From: a virus
Length of the DNA: 41,185 nucleotides
Reading direction: 5' to 3' (one strand)
IMG/VR virus record: IMGVR_UViG_3300027737_000005
Coordinates: 1-41,185 of that record
The notes under the pieces are model-generated. The model saw only the letters and a program-made list of their open reading frames with translations, did no database searches and had not been told where the DNA came from. Below, one piece after another: positions 1-10,376 of the stretch (positions are counted from its first letter, which is position 1; each line of letters opens with the position of its first letter). The position numbers were made by a program, and so were the translations under genes.

Positions 1-99
1 GAACCAATATAGATCCACCGTGTACCTAGAGCATAATTAACGTCTTGTGCCGTCGGAGCTCTATTTTGAAAAACAACGTTTGTAACCGCATTAGCAGGC
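1..99. repeat. terminal direct repeat copy 1 (identical to 41087..41185); contig-closure overlap of a circular or terminally redundant genome
   Basis: Read directly: gaaccaatatagatccaccg...ttagcaggc is present at both window ends, 99/99 identical and in the same orientation. Confidence 0.95.
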
Positions 100-149
100 A
101 GAGAACCAAATCCCTGAGTATATACGGGGGCGCTTGGATTGAAGACCAT
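1..149 (-). CDS. tail fibre/spike protein, N-terminal part (ATG at 149..147); continues in frame across the circular junction into 41086..38725
   Basis: Minus strand reads AGGAGtcttccATG GTC TTC AAT..., giving MVFNPSAPVYTQGFGSLPANAVTNVVFQNRAPTAQDVNYALGTRWIYIGS. The frame joins the 781-aa ORF at 41086 exactly. Confidence 0.8.
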   Translation of the reverse strand, partial: MVFNPSAPVYTQGFGSLPANAVTNVVFQNRAPTAQDVNYALGTRWIYIG

Positions 150-215
150 GGAAGACTCCTTGGTAAGTTAAAATTAAAATGTAGATAATAGTGTTTTTTT
201 TCGCTATCTTTTTAT

Positions 216-244
216 TTGCGGGAAATCCCATGTTTCCATATAAT
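216..244 (+). promoter_or_regulatory. sigma70-like promoter TTGCGG-N17-TATAAT with a GGAAA/TTTCC inverted repeat in the spacer; predicted start falls at or next to the RHH gene ATG
   Basis: TTGCGG at 216-221, 17-nt spacer, TATAAT at 239-244, ATG at 251. Confidence 0.35.
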
Positions 245-250
245 GGAGAT

Positions 251-424
251 ATGCAGAAACACGAATTGAGATTCTTAATCCCAAAAGACCTATACAAGCG
301 CTATAAGATCATCTGCACAAAGATGGATCTGTCTCTTGCAAAACAGGGCACAGAGATCATAAGAGAATTTGTAGAAATACAGGAAGAAAACCTAAAAAAA
401 ATAGAAGGAGCTAAAAATGACTGA
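251..424 (+). CDS. ribbon-helix-helix (Arc/CopG-like) transcriptional regulator, 57 aa
   Basis: GGAGAT RBS then ATG. MQKHELRFLIPKDLYKRYKIICTKMDLSLAKQGTEIIREFV fits a beta-strand plus two helices RHH pattern. The N-terminal extension in the ORF track is hydrophobic junk. Confidence 0.6.
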   Translation: MQKHELRFLIPKDLYKRYKIICTKMDLSLAKQGTEIIREFVEIQEENLKKIEGAKND

Positions 425-517
425 AACATGGATTCAAGTTCTCACAATTGTTGGATCTAATCTGGCAAGAGCTTAGCTGATGCTATCAAGGAAGAACGAT
501 TGAAAAGGGAGGGATAA
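417..517 (+). pseudogene. decayed copy of the small TM/'KDFHGRL' family gene
   Basis: MTETWIQVLTIVGSNLARA* resembles the family N-terminus (MEWMQILAIIAAN, MDWYHILGIIVGN). A shifted frame (479-517) reads DAIKEERLKREG, like the family tail DAIHKEIKDFHGRL. Confidence 0.3.
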
Positions 518-519
518 TA

Positions 520-669
520 ATGAAAAAATGGATTTTTTTGACGTTTGGGTTTTTAATTGCGACTTGGATGTGGAATACTGAGTGTGGACAAATTGCTGGA
601 TGTGTTTTGCTTTCAATATCACCTTGGCTTTTAGCAGCCGCTGCGTTTAGTTATTGGGCTAAAATCTAG
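520..669 (+). CDS. small hydrophobic membrane protein, 49 aa
   Basis: AAGGGAGGG RBS then ATG. MKKWIFLTFGFLIATWMWNTECGQIAGCVLLSISPWLLAAAAFSYWAKI has two hydrophobic segments. It is below the ORF-track size cutoff. Confidence 0.45.
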   Translation: MKKWIFLTFGFLIATWMWNTECGQIAGCVLLSISPWLLAAAAFSYWAKI

Positions 670-715
670 CGTTTACTCCATATTCTTTATTATTTAGGGC
701 GCCCATGCTTGACCA

Positions 716-2422
716 TCAGTGCTTCTGAGGCATCCTTTGAGATTTAGCTTCAAGCGCCTGTTCGGCCTCCAATACTTCAAATGCTTGCGTAGCGGTCTTA
801 AAATCGCCCTTTCTAAAGGCTTTAACACCAGTCTCCCATGTGAGAGCAAATTGCGGTTTGTCGAGTAAAAACTCGACCATTGTTTTATAGGAACCCTTAG
901 CTAAATCAAAACCAGCTTTCGCATATCCTATCTTAGGGTGCATCACATAAGCGGCCAAAGTACTCAACTTATCTCCAAATCCGGTTTTTGCAGCAACGCG
1001 GAGCATTCTATTGGCTTGTTCTGTGCTAAGTAAGTCTTTGTTAAGCTGTATAAATTGCTTAAAACCCTCAGGGCCTAGCGCGCGTTTAAAAGGAACCGTC
1101 ATCCCTTCCTTATCTAATAACTGCCGTCCCTTTTCGAATCTGATTTTGCCATTAAATATACCATCAATAAACTTATCGATGGCCTCAGCATCCATAATCT
1201 TGGTCCACTGTTCATTGGATGCTTTAAACAGATTTGCGAATTCCGTATTAGGATATTGCTCTTGAATTAGCTCAGCGATAGTCTTATTATAATCTTGAAG
1301 AGATTCGCGCTTTGCTCTATTATAAGCAAAAGACTGTCCTGGCTCATAAACTTCTTTCAAAGCCTTATTATTATTTCTATATTGAGTTACCAAATCTCTT
1401 GCAGTTATATTTTGCGTTGGAGTTTCTTGAATAAACTGCTTTATAAATTTTTTGTGTGCTTTGTCATATTCGGATGGAGTGAAACCGGTGCCCTTTTTTT
1501 GCAATATTCGGCTTACCAAACTTTTCTTTAGAGACGCAGTTGAAATTTGCCCAGGCACCTGATCGGCTAAAAATTCAACATCCCTAAATGATTGTATTGC
1601 CGCATCTTTAAAGGTTTTATCGTTTTTCAGTGCCGAATATGTTTCAGCCATAGGGCTTTCGGCAATGATTTTACCGGCAATTCCTCTAAACTGATCTTCC
1701 ACTTTTGATTCAATTTTGGCTTTTTTCCCTGCTGTTATTTCCTTAGGGGTTGTTATTTTTTCATATTGCCTTGTAGTTAATCCAGATGGTTTTTTTGCTT
1801 TGCCAATAGAAAGTCCTGGCGAGCCCTCCGGCAATCTTTTCAAGATGGCAAATGAACCTATATCAGCAGCTGCTTCTGGAACACCAATCTCTTGAAGAAT
1901 CTGGCTCGTTCCTGCGACACCTGCGCCCAAAACGGGCTTAGGCAATCCCGTTTTTAGTCCTATAAAAGTTCCTGGAGTGGGCGCTAGTTTGGTAGCTGTT
2001 GAACCTAGTCTTAATCCTTTTTGATATCGGTCTTTTGGCTCTAGTGGCACTCCATACTCTTTTTCAATGCCTCTGGCTATATTGGATACAGTTGGAACCA
2101 TTCCTAGTGATTCTTGCAGTCCCTGCATATAGCGTTCCTCATCAAAAGGAATGCCCGCTTTTTCATGAGCCAGTCTAAGTTGTGAAAGGCCTTCAGGGTC
2201 TAATGCCTCCCCCTGAGCAATCATTTGGAATAATCCTGCTGCCATTCCCGGAACTGTAGCTTCTGCTGCACCTTGCGGAATCTGAAGAGCTGTCCGCAAT
2301 GCTCTTTTCCATCCCGACTCTTGAGCTCCGGATTGCTCAGCTCGCTGCTGAAAAATATTGCCCGAAGGCGCTTTATTTTCATAGCCAAGTGCACTGGCTC
2401 TTTTCTCGAATATATTAGCCAT
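716..2422 (-). CDS. virion protein, possible internal/ejection protein (568 aa)
   Basis: Long ORF at the end of the tail/internal-protein operon. Its start overlaps the upstream stop at 2422. No motif recognised. Confidence 0.55.
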   Translation of the reverse strand: MANIFEKRASALGYENKAPSGNIFQQRAEQSGAQESGWKRALRTALQIPQGAAEATVPGMAAGLFQMIAQGEALDPEGLSQLRLAHEKAGIPFDEERYMQGLQESLGMVPTVSNIARGIEKEYGVPLEPKDRYQKGLRLGSTATKLAPTPGTFIGLKTGLPKPVLGAGVAGTSQILQEIGVPEAAADIGSFAILKRLPEGSPGLSIGKAKKPSGLTTRQYEKITTPKEITAGKKAKIESKVEDQFRGIAGKIIAESPMAETYSALKNDKTFKDAAIQSFRDVEFLADQVPGQISTASLKKSLVSRILQKKGTGFTPSEYDKAHKKFIKQFIQETPTQNITARDLVTQYRNNNKALKEVYEPGQSFAYNRAKRESLQDYNKTIAELIQEQYPNTEFANLFKASNEQWTKIMDAEAIDKFIDGIFNGKIRFEKGRQLLDKEGMTVPFKRALGPEGFKQFIQLNKDLLSTEQANRMLRVAAKTGFGDKLSTLAAYVMHPKIGYAKAGFDLAKGSYKTMVEFLLDKPQFALTWETGVKAFRKGDFKTATQAFEVLEAEQALEAKSQRMPQKH

Positions 2423-3672
2423 TAAAATTTATAGCCTTTTTGTTTTGCTATCCTCTCGGCTTTTTTCCAATCTCCTTCTGCTTCTAAGAGAATCTGGTCA
2501 ACAATCTCTCGATCTTCAGGATCGTCTAGATTCAAAGGGATATTCTTTTTATTTTCAGAATCGCGAATAATTGCTTTGTGTTGATCTAAAATCCTATTAA
2601 AAAGATAATTCAATTTAGGCGTTACTCGTTTTTCTACTTCTCTTCTAAACTGTATCGCACTTAGAGATTTCCCTTCCTCTTCGATTTCCGCTGCTGCTTC
2701 TTCCCGGAGAATATCAGCACGTTGCGTCTCCATTTGTGACAAAATAATTTGTTTCTTTTGAGTATCTGTTAAATAAATATCGGGAATCTTTCCTTCCAAG
2801 ATTTCTAATTCCTTAACTCTCGTGGCACCTGAGAAAATCGTTTTTAGATCGCTATAGTTTTGCACCAAGTCAGATTTATAAGCCACTGTCTCCTTCGATA
2901 GAAATCTCTTTCCTAAATTACCAGGAACAGCTTCCAAAAGAGCAGCATAAGAGGGATCATTTAATTTTCCTGTATTTATGCCCTCTATTAATTTTTCTTT
3001 GTTCTGGATCCCACGCCGAGCTATTTCCGCTCTTTCAGAAATCTCTTTTTTTATTGGGGCAACTTCTTGCCTGAGTGCTTCTAGTTTTTTCTCTTCAGAT
3101 TTTCTTTCCGCTTCTGATTTTGTGAACTTAAATTTTTCTTCTTCAAATGAGTGTTTCTTTTCCGCTTTTCTTCGATCAAGTTCCCCTTTAGCGATATTTC
3201 CGATGATCCCAACTTGTCCAGGCTGTCCCGCAAAACCAGCTAATTGTGTCAGATGTTCTGCAGGAATTTGATGCGCAAAGTTTTCTTGATCACCTGCAAT
3301 GTCTTGTTCTCCTCCAAATGACGGAGCTTGTGTTGATCCTCCTGTTAACTTACTAAATAAGGCCTCTTGCCCCTGGAGAGCCTTTAGCTTTTCTTCCGCT
3401 AATCTCTGCTGAGATTGCTGTAAAGGGCTCAGCTGCTGTTTTCCTGCCGACCTTAGACGTTCTACAATGGCTGCTTTTCTGTCTTCAGGAGAAAACCCTA
3501 CAAGATCTCCAAAACCGGCCTTCTCAAGAGCTGCGTTTTCTTTAGTAATTCTAGCACGATCTTCCGCTTTTCCTAATCCTTGAAGAAATCCGGCTCCGGT
3601 GCCCTGTCCAAATCCGGTACCGAATATTTCTCCGAAACTAGGTCGTCTTGGTGGTCGAATAATTTCTACCAT
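2422..3672 (-). CDS. charged coiled-coil virion protein, possible internal protein (416 aa)
   Basis: K/E/Q-rich heptad-like sequence; position after the nozzle-like gene. Confidence 0.55.
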   Translation of the reverse strand: MVEIIRPPRRPSFGEIFGTGFGQGTGAGFLQGLGKAEDRARITKENAALEKAGFGDLVGFSPEDRKAAIVERLRSAGKQQLSPLQQSQQRLAEEKLKALQGQEALFSKLTGGSTQAPSFGGEQDIAGDQENFAHQIPAEHLTQLAGFAGQPGQVGIIGNIAKGELDRRKAEKKHSFEEEKFKFTKSEAERKSEEKKLEALRQEVAPIKKEISERAEIARRGIQNKEKLIEGINTGKLNDPSYAALLEAVPGNLGKRFLSKETVAYKSDLVQNYSDLKTIFSGATRVKELEILEGKIPDIYLTDTQKKQIILSQMETQRADILREEAAAEIEEEGKSLSAIQFRREVEKRVTPKLNYLFNRILDQHKAIIRDSENKKNIPLNLDDPEDREIVDQILLEAEGDWKKAERIAKQKGYKF

Positions 3673-3680
3673 AAATCCTC

Positions 3681-4268
3681 CTAGAATAAGCCAAATCGTT
3701 TAGCTGCATATAGACCGCCAAAATTACCTCCAAATTGCCCTAGAGACGGCGCAAGGCTGCCAAAAAGCGATTCTAGGAAGCTCGGCTGATTGCCTCTTTC
3801 AGTTAAGCCATATGGTTGCTGCCCCAAAAGATTATTGGATAACGATGCAAGGTCGCTTAGACCCTGTCTTTGCAATCCTTGTCTTTGCGATTGTAACTGC
3901 TGAGCAAAGTCCATAGCTAATTGTCCTTGAGCAATATTATGCCCACTGCCATGCCTAGCCCCAAGACCCATTCCACTAAATCTATTAGAAAGCCCTGACT
4001 GAAACTCTCCCAATTGTTTCAATGCCGGCGCTTCTATCTCTCCGAAAAGAGACTGATCGCCTCCTGCTAGCCTCGACAAATAGCTTTGAGGACCAGCAAG
4101 CCCGAATAATTGCTGAAATAGATCCATCTGCTCGGGCGTGAACTGCTGAAATCGATGGTGCCCGGAAATATGCTTTTGCCTAGGATCTAAACCCCGCATT
4201 CCATTTCCTGAAGAACTTCCATATGCTGAAGATCCTGCTGGTCCTAAATTCCCCGTCAATGATGTCAT
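3681..4268 (-). CDS. Gly/Gln/Ser-rich low-complexity virion protein (195 aa)
   Basis: ORF in operon context with compositional bias. Confidence 0.5.
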   Translation of the reverse strand: MTSLTGNLGPAGSSAYGSSSGNGMRGLDPRQKHISGHHRFQQFTPEQMDLFQQLFGLAGPQSYLSRLAGGDQSLFGEIEAPALKQLGEFQSGLSNRFSGMGLGARHGSGHNIAQGQLAMDFAQQLQSQRQGLQRQGLSDLASLSNNLLGQQPYGLTERGNQPSFLESLFGSLAPSLGQFGGNFGGLYAAKRFGLF

Positions 4269-4277
4269 AATCTTCTC

Positions 4278-4751
4278 CTAAAATAGTGCTAACCACTCAA
4301 GAATAACAAATCCGCTTGTGATTGTAGGCGATCCGGCACCCTCTGTCACTTGAATATACGTAGAATCTATATAAATGTTTACCTGATTCGTCACATTCAC
4401 CACACTTACAAAAGGAAGTGGATACCAATAAGTGCCGTCCGTAAATGTTCCATATATTCTTGTAAATCCTCCAAACTCTGCGAAATCAATTCCATGAGGA
4501 TAAGGGCCTTCCCCATCAATCGGATAAATTTGTCTCAATGTCTGCTGAGATTGTGTCGAGCCTTCGATATACCATTTCTCCCCTGTGACAACAGAAAAAT
4601 TGGCTGGAAATATTCCTATAGTTCTCGTATTGACCTTATCTGCAATATCAATATAGGATCTGTCCATTTCCACGGACAAGGTCTTAAGATCCTCGTTAGG
4701 AAAATTTCTCTGAGCCCTTAGATAGGGAACTTTAAGTGGCGATATCGTCAT
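4278..4751 (-). CDS. structural protein (157 aa)
   Basis: ORF overlaps the upstream stop by 4 nt (4748-4751), suggesting translational coupling. Confidence 0.55.
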   Translation of the reverse strand: MTISPLKVPYLRAQRNFPNEDLKTLSVEMDRSYIDIADKVNTRTIGIFPANFSVVTGEKWYIEGSTQSQQTLRQIYPIDGEGPYPHGIDFAEFGGFTRIYGTFTDGTYWYPLPFVSVVNVTNQVNIYIDSTYIQVTEGAGSPTITSGFVILEWLALF

Positions 4752-7396
4752 GCTAAATGAGGTCCTGGATGTATTGTAAGCTGTATTCCATGCAATGTAA
4801 TTTCACTTGTCGCGTACGTCAGATTTCTCATCTGAGCATCACTTAATGTAATTCCTATCTGCACTGAGTCTCCGATCATACTCGCATTAAATCTATGCCA
4901 TATTTGTTCTTGCGTAGATGCCGTTGGCATCTGAAGATTGGTATTAGCCGGCGTCAATCCCAGATTTGTACTCTCAGGGCATGTGTAGAGTAATTGCGAA
5001 TACACAAGACCATTGGGAGTTCCACTATTCAATGGATCATTCCAAGCATTCGTCGAATCCTGGCTCAAATATATATTCAAGGTCACTTGACCTATTGACG
5101 TTGTATCTAGAAGATATTTTTGCAGAGCTAATCTTAACTGCTTTCCTTGTTCCCAATAAAATGGGAATTGCTTTGTCTGCAGAATGGGCTGACAAAGCCT
5201 TGTGAAAGTCCCAAGTCCAAGATATGTTCCCGATGGAAAGGAAGCGTCGATAGTAAATGTATTCGCTGTTGGGCTTGCTCTCGTTCCTGTATTCGTGACA
5301 ATCGCTATAATACCGTTCAAAGCCGTAGTTCCGAGGCATCCTTGGATATAGATATAATCGCCTACCTCTACACAATGATTGATTGATGTTATTTGAGTAA
5401 ATCCTCCACTATTGGAAATGGCCTGTATTGTACCCGACGGGGCTTCTGATGTGCTATCACCGTCTTTGATAAGCACATATCCTTGAGGATTTCCAACAAT
5501 AATATCTGTAAATAGAGGTGAGTTACTTCCGCTGTTCCAAGGAGCTCTCCATGCTAACCAACTGCTATATCCTAGTGTAAGCCAGGACTTTTTACTCTGT
5601 GGCCTGTAGCGGCCATGTGAGGTGTAATTTTCATAAAATACTGCCCATGTATTGTCTCGATAATTGAAAAGGAATGTCCTCGTGGGAAATTTCCATGAGC
5701 TATCGTTATACGGGAATGAGAAATAGATCCATTCTCTAAAGAAATCTCTGATGGCGTTAACACGTTGTACACCGAAGTTTAACGATTGAATCTGAAAAAC
5801 GCTGTCTGGGATATCCAGATCAATCCTCTGAGAACTCTGCTGATCTGTCATTGCAATTCCATATTGGCCTATATCTATCGCTCCCCTATCCAATGTGATC
5901 GATGAAAATGTTGCCGATGAAGGAAGTTCCGAATTAATCGTAAAGAAAAGAAATGGCTGTAGATCGTTTCCTGAATAGACAAATCTTGTCTTTCTTCCAT
6001 CCCCTCCGAATCCAATGATTAAAACATCTTCGTTGTTGCTTACTGTGATGATAGGTTGGGCTAATCCTGCAGATAGATAGCCGCCCTTGCCAGCCTGATC
6101 CACATAGTAGGCCGTGACATCATAAGTCTGGTTGATTGGTACTAAAGCATTATAGTATGGCGTTCCATTCCAACTCCAAATGACTACATCCTGAAGCGTT
6201 ATTGGTCCTCCTGTACTTGTCTGAATGACTGGATTTAGGAAAAGCAGTCTATCCTTAAAAGGAACGATCATGAGGCAGCCGACTAGATAGTAGATGCCGA
6301 AGGGCGTATTCTCTATAGATGTGCCGACAGCGGTCAAGGGAGGGGCAAAATTCACCCATCCAAGACCTGTACCCGTTGGCAGTCCCGTCGCACTCGTAGG
6401 ATCGCCATCATACCACCGGATTCCATCTTGTCCTGAAAGAGCACTAGTCAGCATCTGGAAGATGCCATTATTGTTTAAAGTTTCTCCAGTCGTATCTACA
6501 GGCACAGTGAATTGTGTGCTATTCAATCGAGTGATCTGAAATGCCTGAAGATTCAAAGAACTTGCGTTTGCCCCTGTAATCTCATTGAAAAATACCCAAT
6601 CCCCGGTAATGAGACCGTGTGGAGATGCTGTCTGAATCTTAGTAGGGTTTTGCTCTGTGATAATGCTAATATTCTGAAAATGAAATCCCGGATTTCCATT
6701 AGTCGCCCAAAGAGCTCCTGAATAATTCGTCGTCCAAAACTGCTGGTAATCCTGGCCATTCCATATGAAAGGATTATTCGTCGTTTTGTAGTAATTCACA
6801 TTGTAGAATAGAGGGGAGCCACCTTGATTGATCTGATAACTATACGTCGTATCAAAAGTTAGTAAAAGAGGGTATAAAGGATTTACAGTAGAAGATGGAG
6901 ACGAGAGCTTAACAAAATCTCTTAAACCCATAACCGGAAGGCCTGGATAATAGTCGAAAAATCCCGTAAGTGTACTAGAGCCTCCTCCTGTTATCGTGAC
7001 TGCTCCTGTAGCATAATTGATCGTTCCGGTACCTCCTCCGCTTCCTGTAAGCGTTCCGTCAGGTGTAGATGGGTCTGTATATGTTTGCCCTCCTACAATG
7101 AAACTAATAGTCCCAGGAACTATCGTAGATGAGCTTTCCAGCGACAAGGCCGTAATGAGATTAGCTGCTCCTACTGAAAGAGTTATCGGCCCATATTGCC
7201 ATGGAAGAGCACCCGTTGATACTATTTGAATCTGCACAGCAAGCCGTCCTAAAGGCAGCGTACCGCGCTTTTTCTTTACTCTTCCTCGCCATGCATAAAA
7301 ATTGTAAAGCAGCGGAAAAGAATTGTTATCGATGTTAAATGCTGTTCTATCAGTTTTTTGACCTCCCGAGGTTCCTATAAAGATTTGATCTGCCAT
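4748..7396 (-). CDS. large tail protein, tail tubular B/nozzle-like (882 aa)
   Basis: Size and position downstream of the capsid gene match podovirus nozzle genes. The segment PFKDRLLFLNPVIQTS recalls T7 gp12 FRNRLGFLSGENIILS. An HGLITGDWVFF module is present. Confidence 0.5.
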   Translation of the reverse strand: MADQIFIGTSGGQKTDRTAFNIDNNSFPLLYNFYAWRGRVKKKRGTLPLGRLAVQIQIVSTGALPWQYGPITLSVGAANLITALSLESSSTIVPGTISFIVGGQTYTDPSTPDGTLTGSGGGTGTINYATGAVTITGGGSSTLTGFFDYYPGLPVMGLRDFVKLSSPSSTVNPLYPLLLTFDTTYSYQINQGGSPLFYNVNYYKTTNNPFIWNGQDYQQFWTTNYSGALWATNGNPGFHFQNISIITEQNPTKIQTASPHGLITGDWVFFNEITGANASSLNLQAFQITRLNSTQFTVPVDTTGETLNNNGIFQMLTSALSGQDGIRWYDGDPTSATGLPTGTGLGWVNFAPPLTAVGTSIENTPFGIYYLVGCLMIVPFKDRLLFLNPVIQTSTGGPITLQDVVIWSWNGTPYYNALVPINQTYDVTAYYVDQAGKGGYLSAGLAQPIITVSNNEDVLIIGFGGDGRKTRFVYSGNDLQPFLFFTINSELPSSATFSSITLDRGAIDIGQYGIAMTDQQSSQRIDLDIPDSVFQIQSLNFGVQRVNAIRDFFREWIYFSFPYNDSSWKFPTRTFLFNYRDNTWAVFYENYTSHGRYRPQSKKSWLTLGYSSWLAWRAPWNSGSNSPLFTDIIVGNPQGYVLIKDGDSTSEAPSGTIQAISNSGGFTQITSINHCVEVGDYIYIQGCLGTTALNGIIAIVTNTGTRASPTANTFTIDASFPSGTYLGLGTFTRLCQPILQTKQFPFYWEQGKQLRLALQKYLLDTTSIGQVTLNIYLSQDSTNAWNDPLNSGTPNGLVYSQLLYTCPESTNLGLTPANTNLQMPTASTQEQIWHRFNASMIGDSVQIGITLSDAQMRNLTYATSEITLHGIQLTIHPGPHLA

Positions 7397-8076
7397 CAGT
7401 TACCTATAGCCGCCCAGAAAAAGCCCGTATACTGTCCTGAATTTGTGACATAAACCCACTGAAAGCTTGTATTGCTAATTGTGGACTTTCTGATATCTAC
7501 TGTAGCTTGGCTTGATGCTACTGTTCCGCTTCCAAATGGCTGCGTCCATATGTTAAAGCATGCATTAGGAAAATTAATATTCGCCGTCGCAAAAAGCAAT
7601 GTCTGGAAAGAACTTGATGTTGATGTTATAGATCCCCACTGGAAAAGAACACCACCCGGAAGCCATATATAACCATTCCCAGATAATAAAGGAGCGTCTG
7701 CTCCCGTCAATTGCGTCACAACTCCAAGGCCACTTTCATAAAAAAGCTGCTGATCCGCCGATCCCCCCGTAGGCGTCACCGTATTAGTATAAAGCTGGCC
7801 TACTCCAGAAACCACCGCCGGAGTCGTTGGATAAGATCCCTGATCATCAAAATGAATAACGTCATGATAGCCTCCTATCGTATTGTTGAAGCCTACATGA
7901 TCCACCGCAATCAGATCATTAATAGATCCCGAATTGGTTTGCATATTGATTACATCATCCCCAGGATCATTTGGTGGATTGGGAATTTGCGCAAAATAAG
8001 TAAAAGGGGAAGGCATTAGTTTTCTTCTAGCTCCTCTATTGTTTTGAAACGGTATCCGTCTCTGATAGAATGTCAA
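7396..8076 (-). CDS. tail-associated protein (226 aa; start uncertain, alternative ATG at 8016)
   Basis: ORF coupled to the downstream 882-aa gene, sharing nt 7396. Confidence 0.5.
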   Translation of the reverse strand: MTFYQRRIPFQNNRGARRKLMPSPFTYFAQIPNPPNDPGDDVINMQTNSGSINDLIAVDHVGFNNTIGGYHDVIHFDDQGSYPTTPAVVSGVGQLYTNTVTPTGGSADQQLFYESGLGVVTQLTGADAPLLSGNGYIWLPGGVLFQWGSITSTSSSFQTLLFATANINFPNACFNIWTQPFGSGTVASSQATVDIRKSTISNTSFQWVYVTNSGQYTGFFWAAIGN

Positions 8077-8114
8077 AAGTCATCAAGATCATTCTCGTTT
8101 TGGCTGTCAAGATA

Positions 8115-9329
8115 TCAGAAGGTGCTTCCGCCTATGTTGGAAAAGCCCGACTGCCCCTGGTTTATACCTTGGCTATAAATAGTTTCTGTACGAGAGTTGG
8201 CCCAAGTTCTCTGGCTTCTCTTCCACACTAAAAGTTCCTGCTCTTTGAAAAGAGGCTCGTAAAACTGGAATTGTTCGAAGTCTCCTGTATCGGAAAGAAT
8301 CTTTCTTGCGGCGCCACGAGATAGGTATTCAGCCATATATCCAAATGGAATGGCTCCTGCTGTATTCAAGAAAGCTGCTGGTGTTAAATATGCCTCAATT
8401 TCAACATAATATTGAGTGTCTGGAGGGCTTCTCAGCGTAAGTGTGTTATTGTAGAATAAAGCAGCTCTAGGAAGCCCTGTCTGGAAAAAGAAAAATACGG
8501 CGTTGATATCTATCCCAGGAGGAATGTCTGTAGGGAAAGTGACGTTCACGTCTCCAGTGAAGTAATTTACTGTGTTAGAAGTAGTGGAATAGCCTCCTGG
8601 CAGCTTCGAGTATCCAAAAGGTGCATTTCCTGGAGCCATCAGAAGACCATAATTTGGCATGTTAGCGCCACCTTGGTTTAAGAAAATGCCGCTGTCTTGG
8701 ACTACAAGTGCATTACCGTTTGCATCTGTCGAATAGATAAAAACCTGTCCGTCGATGCTTGTGCTTGGAATTACAGCATTAGGCTGTCCTAAGAATACAT
8801 CTATACCGAAAGGAGGATCGTTATTATTGCCAGTAGCAATGATACCCGCCATATCTACATGACCTCTCAAGATATAGTTTACGGGAGTATTTATAGGATT
8901 TGAGTTTCCAGGAGCTACAGGAAATGTAAATGAATATGTCGGCCCTCCATTTCCTACGGCCACTACAGGAGCTTGTTGAGATACATTAGGCCAGATATTA
9001 AGAAATTGGTTTTTCTGAGTTTGTAGAGGCACCTGAATGCCATTAATATACATCGGAGACTGGAATCCCTGATAGACTGGATACATACCGATTGATTGAG
9101 CGCCAGGCTCTGTCTGCACGTTATACAGAGGCATGTTATAGCGATCAAATCCAGGAACAGTATTAAAGGCATATTTCGTCTTTAAATCAAAAAGCTGTAT
9201 CCTAGCACTGACATCAGAAATATAGAATCTATTGATATAATCTATGATTAAATTGTCTGTTATCACAGCATTGGAAGGACTCTTTATGATCCTTCTTATA
9301 TAAGTTATTACATCATTTAGAAGAAACAT
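8115..9329 (-). CDS. virion structural protein, possible adaptor or tail tubular A-like (404 aa)
   Basis: Operon position. N-terminus LNDVITYIRRIIKSPSNAVITDNLIIDYINRFY is similar in style to podovirus gp11-type N-termini. Confidence 0.45.
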   Translation of the reverse strand: MFLLNDVITYIRRIIKSPSNAVITDNLIIDYINRFYISDVSARIQLFDLKTKYAFNTVPGFDRYNMPLYNVQTEPGAQSIGMYPVYQGFQSPMYINGIQVPLQTQKNQFLNIWPNVSQQAPVVAVGNGGPTYSFTFPVAPGNSNPINTPVNYILRGHVDMAGIIATGNNNDPPFGIDVFLGQPNAVIPSTSIDGQVFIYSTDANGNALVVQDSGIFLNQGGANMPNYGLLMAPGNAPFGYSKLPGGYSTTSNTVNYFTGDVNVTFPTDIPPGIDINAVFFFFQTGLPRAALFYNNTLTLRSPPDTQYYVEIEAYLTPAAFLNTAGAIPFGYMAEYLSRGAARKILSDTGDFEQFQFYEPLFKEQELLVWKRSQRTWANSRTETIYSQGINQGQSGFSNIGGSTF

Positions 9330-9913
9330 TAGAAGCTACCCGCTCCCATGAAAATGCTTTTTCTTGTGCTCACAGGAAGAGCATCTAACCGTTGAATAGT
9401 CGTATCAACTGCAAGAGCACCAAACATTTGCCCTACACTATTTTCTTCCGTCAACACATTTTGCTTCATAACAAGTCTATGATAGCGGCACTTCGTAATC
9501 TGTTCCGCAAGATATCTAGGACCCCATATTGGTTTTCCGGTAGGAACATTCCACAATTCCGCAGGCATTCCAGGAAATGGTTTTGTCCATATCTCGATAA
9601 TTTCTCCTATGATCTCTTTATGCTCTGCAGTGAAGTGGACATACTCTTTCTGAAAGTTGTAATGTTCTCTCCATTTTTCGTTAAACAGCTCTTTGCTGGA
9701 TATCGATCTCGCCGGCTTGAGATACAGATACTTAGATTTATCGATCTCAACCTGCGAAAGCTTTGTTTGTGGTTCTTGGTCTGCTTTCGGAGCCTGATTC
9801 ATTCTATCCAAAGTCATCGTTTGAACTTGATTATCAAGTGCTTTAAACTGTTCTTGTACTTTTTCCAGTTCTCTTTCTGCGTCTGCTGATTTTATTTTTG
9901 GTTTTTCTGTCAT
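9329..9913 (-). CDS. structural-module protein (194 aa)
   Basis: ORF sharing nt 9329 with the next gene; no motif recognised. Confidence 0.5.
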   Translation of the reverse strand: MTEKPKIKSADAERELEKVQEQFKALDNQVQTMTLDRMNQAPKADQEPQTKLSQVEIDKSKYLYLKPARSISSKELFNEKWREHYNFQKEYVHFTAEHKEIIGEIIEIWTKPFPGMPAELWNVPTGKPIWGPRYLAEQITKCRYHRLVMKQNVLTEENSVGQMFGALAVDTTIQRLDALPVSTRKSIFMGAGSF

Positions 9914-9920
9914 CTGCTAC

Positions 9921-10376
9921 CTATGCTGATATGTTTTGAAAGCTTCCAGGGATATAGGTCCCTTGATTCGTTATACCTGAATTATTTATTTGACCAAAAG
10001 ATAAATCCCCGATGGCCATGATTTGTGGAGGCGTCTGGGACTGCAATGGCTTAAACACAGGACTAGAGATAAAAAGATCAGTTCCTATCGAATTGATGCT
10101 GATAACTACTGAATTGGCAGTTGGAACCGAGAGAACATAACCTGTTTGCTCATTAAGTTGCCTGGCACCATAGGACGAGGGCATTGTGATTCTTACTTGC
10201 TGCCCTATAACATAGTTTGGAAGAACTCCATTTGTTCCACTATTCATTGTTACAGTCGTTGTTTGGCCATATGTCAAGGCAGTAATAACGAATTGACTAG
10301 GCTGAAAATTCTCTGGAGCAATAGGAATATTGCTATAAGGAGCTATTGGGCCTTGTATAACGGGATAATATGTCAT
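9921..10376 (-). CDS. small paralogue of the C-terminal half of the 391-aa protein upstream; decoration or fibre-like (151 aa)
   Basis: LPNYVIGQQVRITMPSSYGARQLNEQTG matches APHNFVVGQQITFRMPSVYGATQLNSLPD in 10439..11614. Confidence 0.55.
   Translation of the reverse strand: MTYYPVIQGPIAPYSNIPIAPENFQPSQFVITALTYGQTTTVTMNSGTNGVLPNYVIGQQVRITMPSSYGARQLNEQTGYVLSVPTANSVVISINSIGTDLFISSPVFKPLQSQTPPQIMAIGDLSFGQINNSGITNQGTYIPGSFQNISA

Noticed and set aside
5037-5772. Minus and plus overlapping ORFs inside the 882-aa tail gene (5037-5375, 5147-5386, 5572-5772 and others)
   Set aside because: They are embedded in a long, well-supported ORF, are short, and have no motifs.
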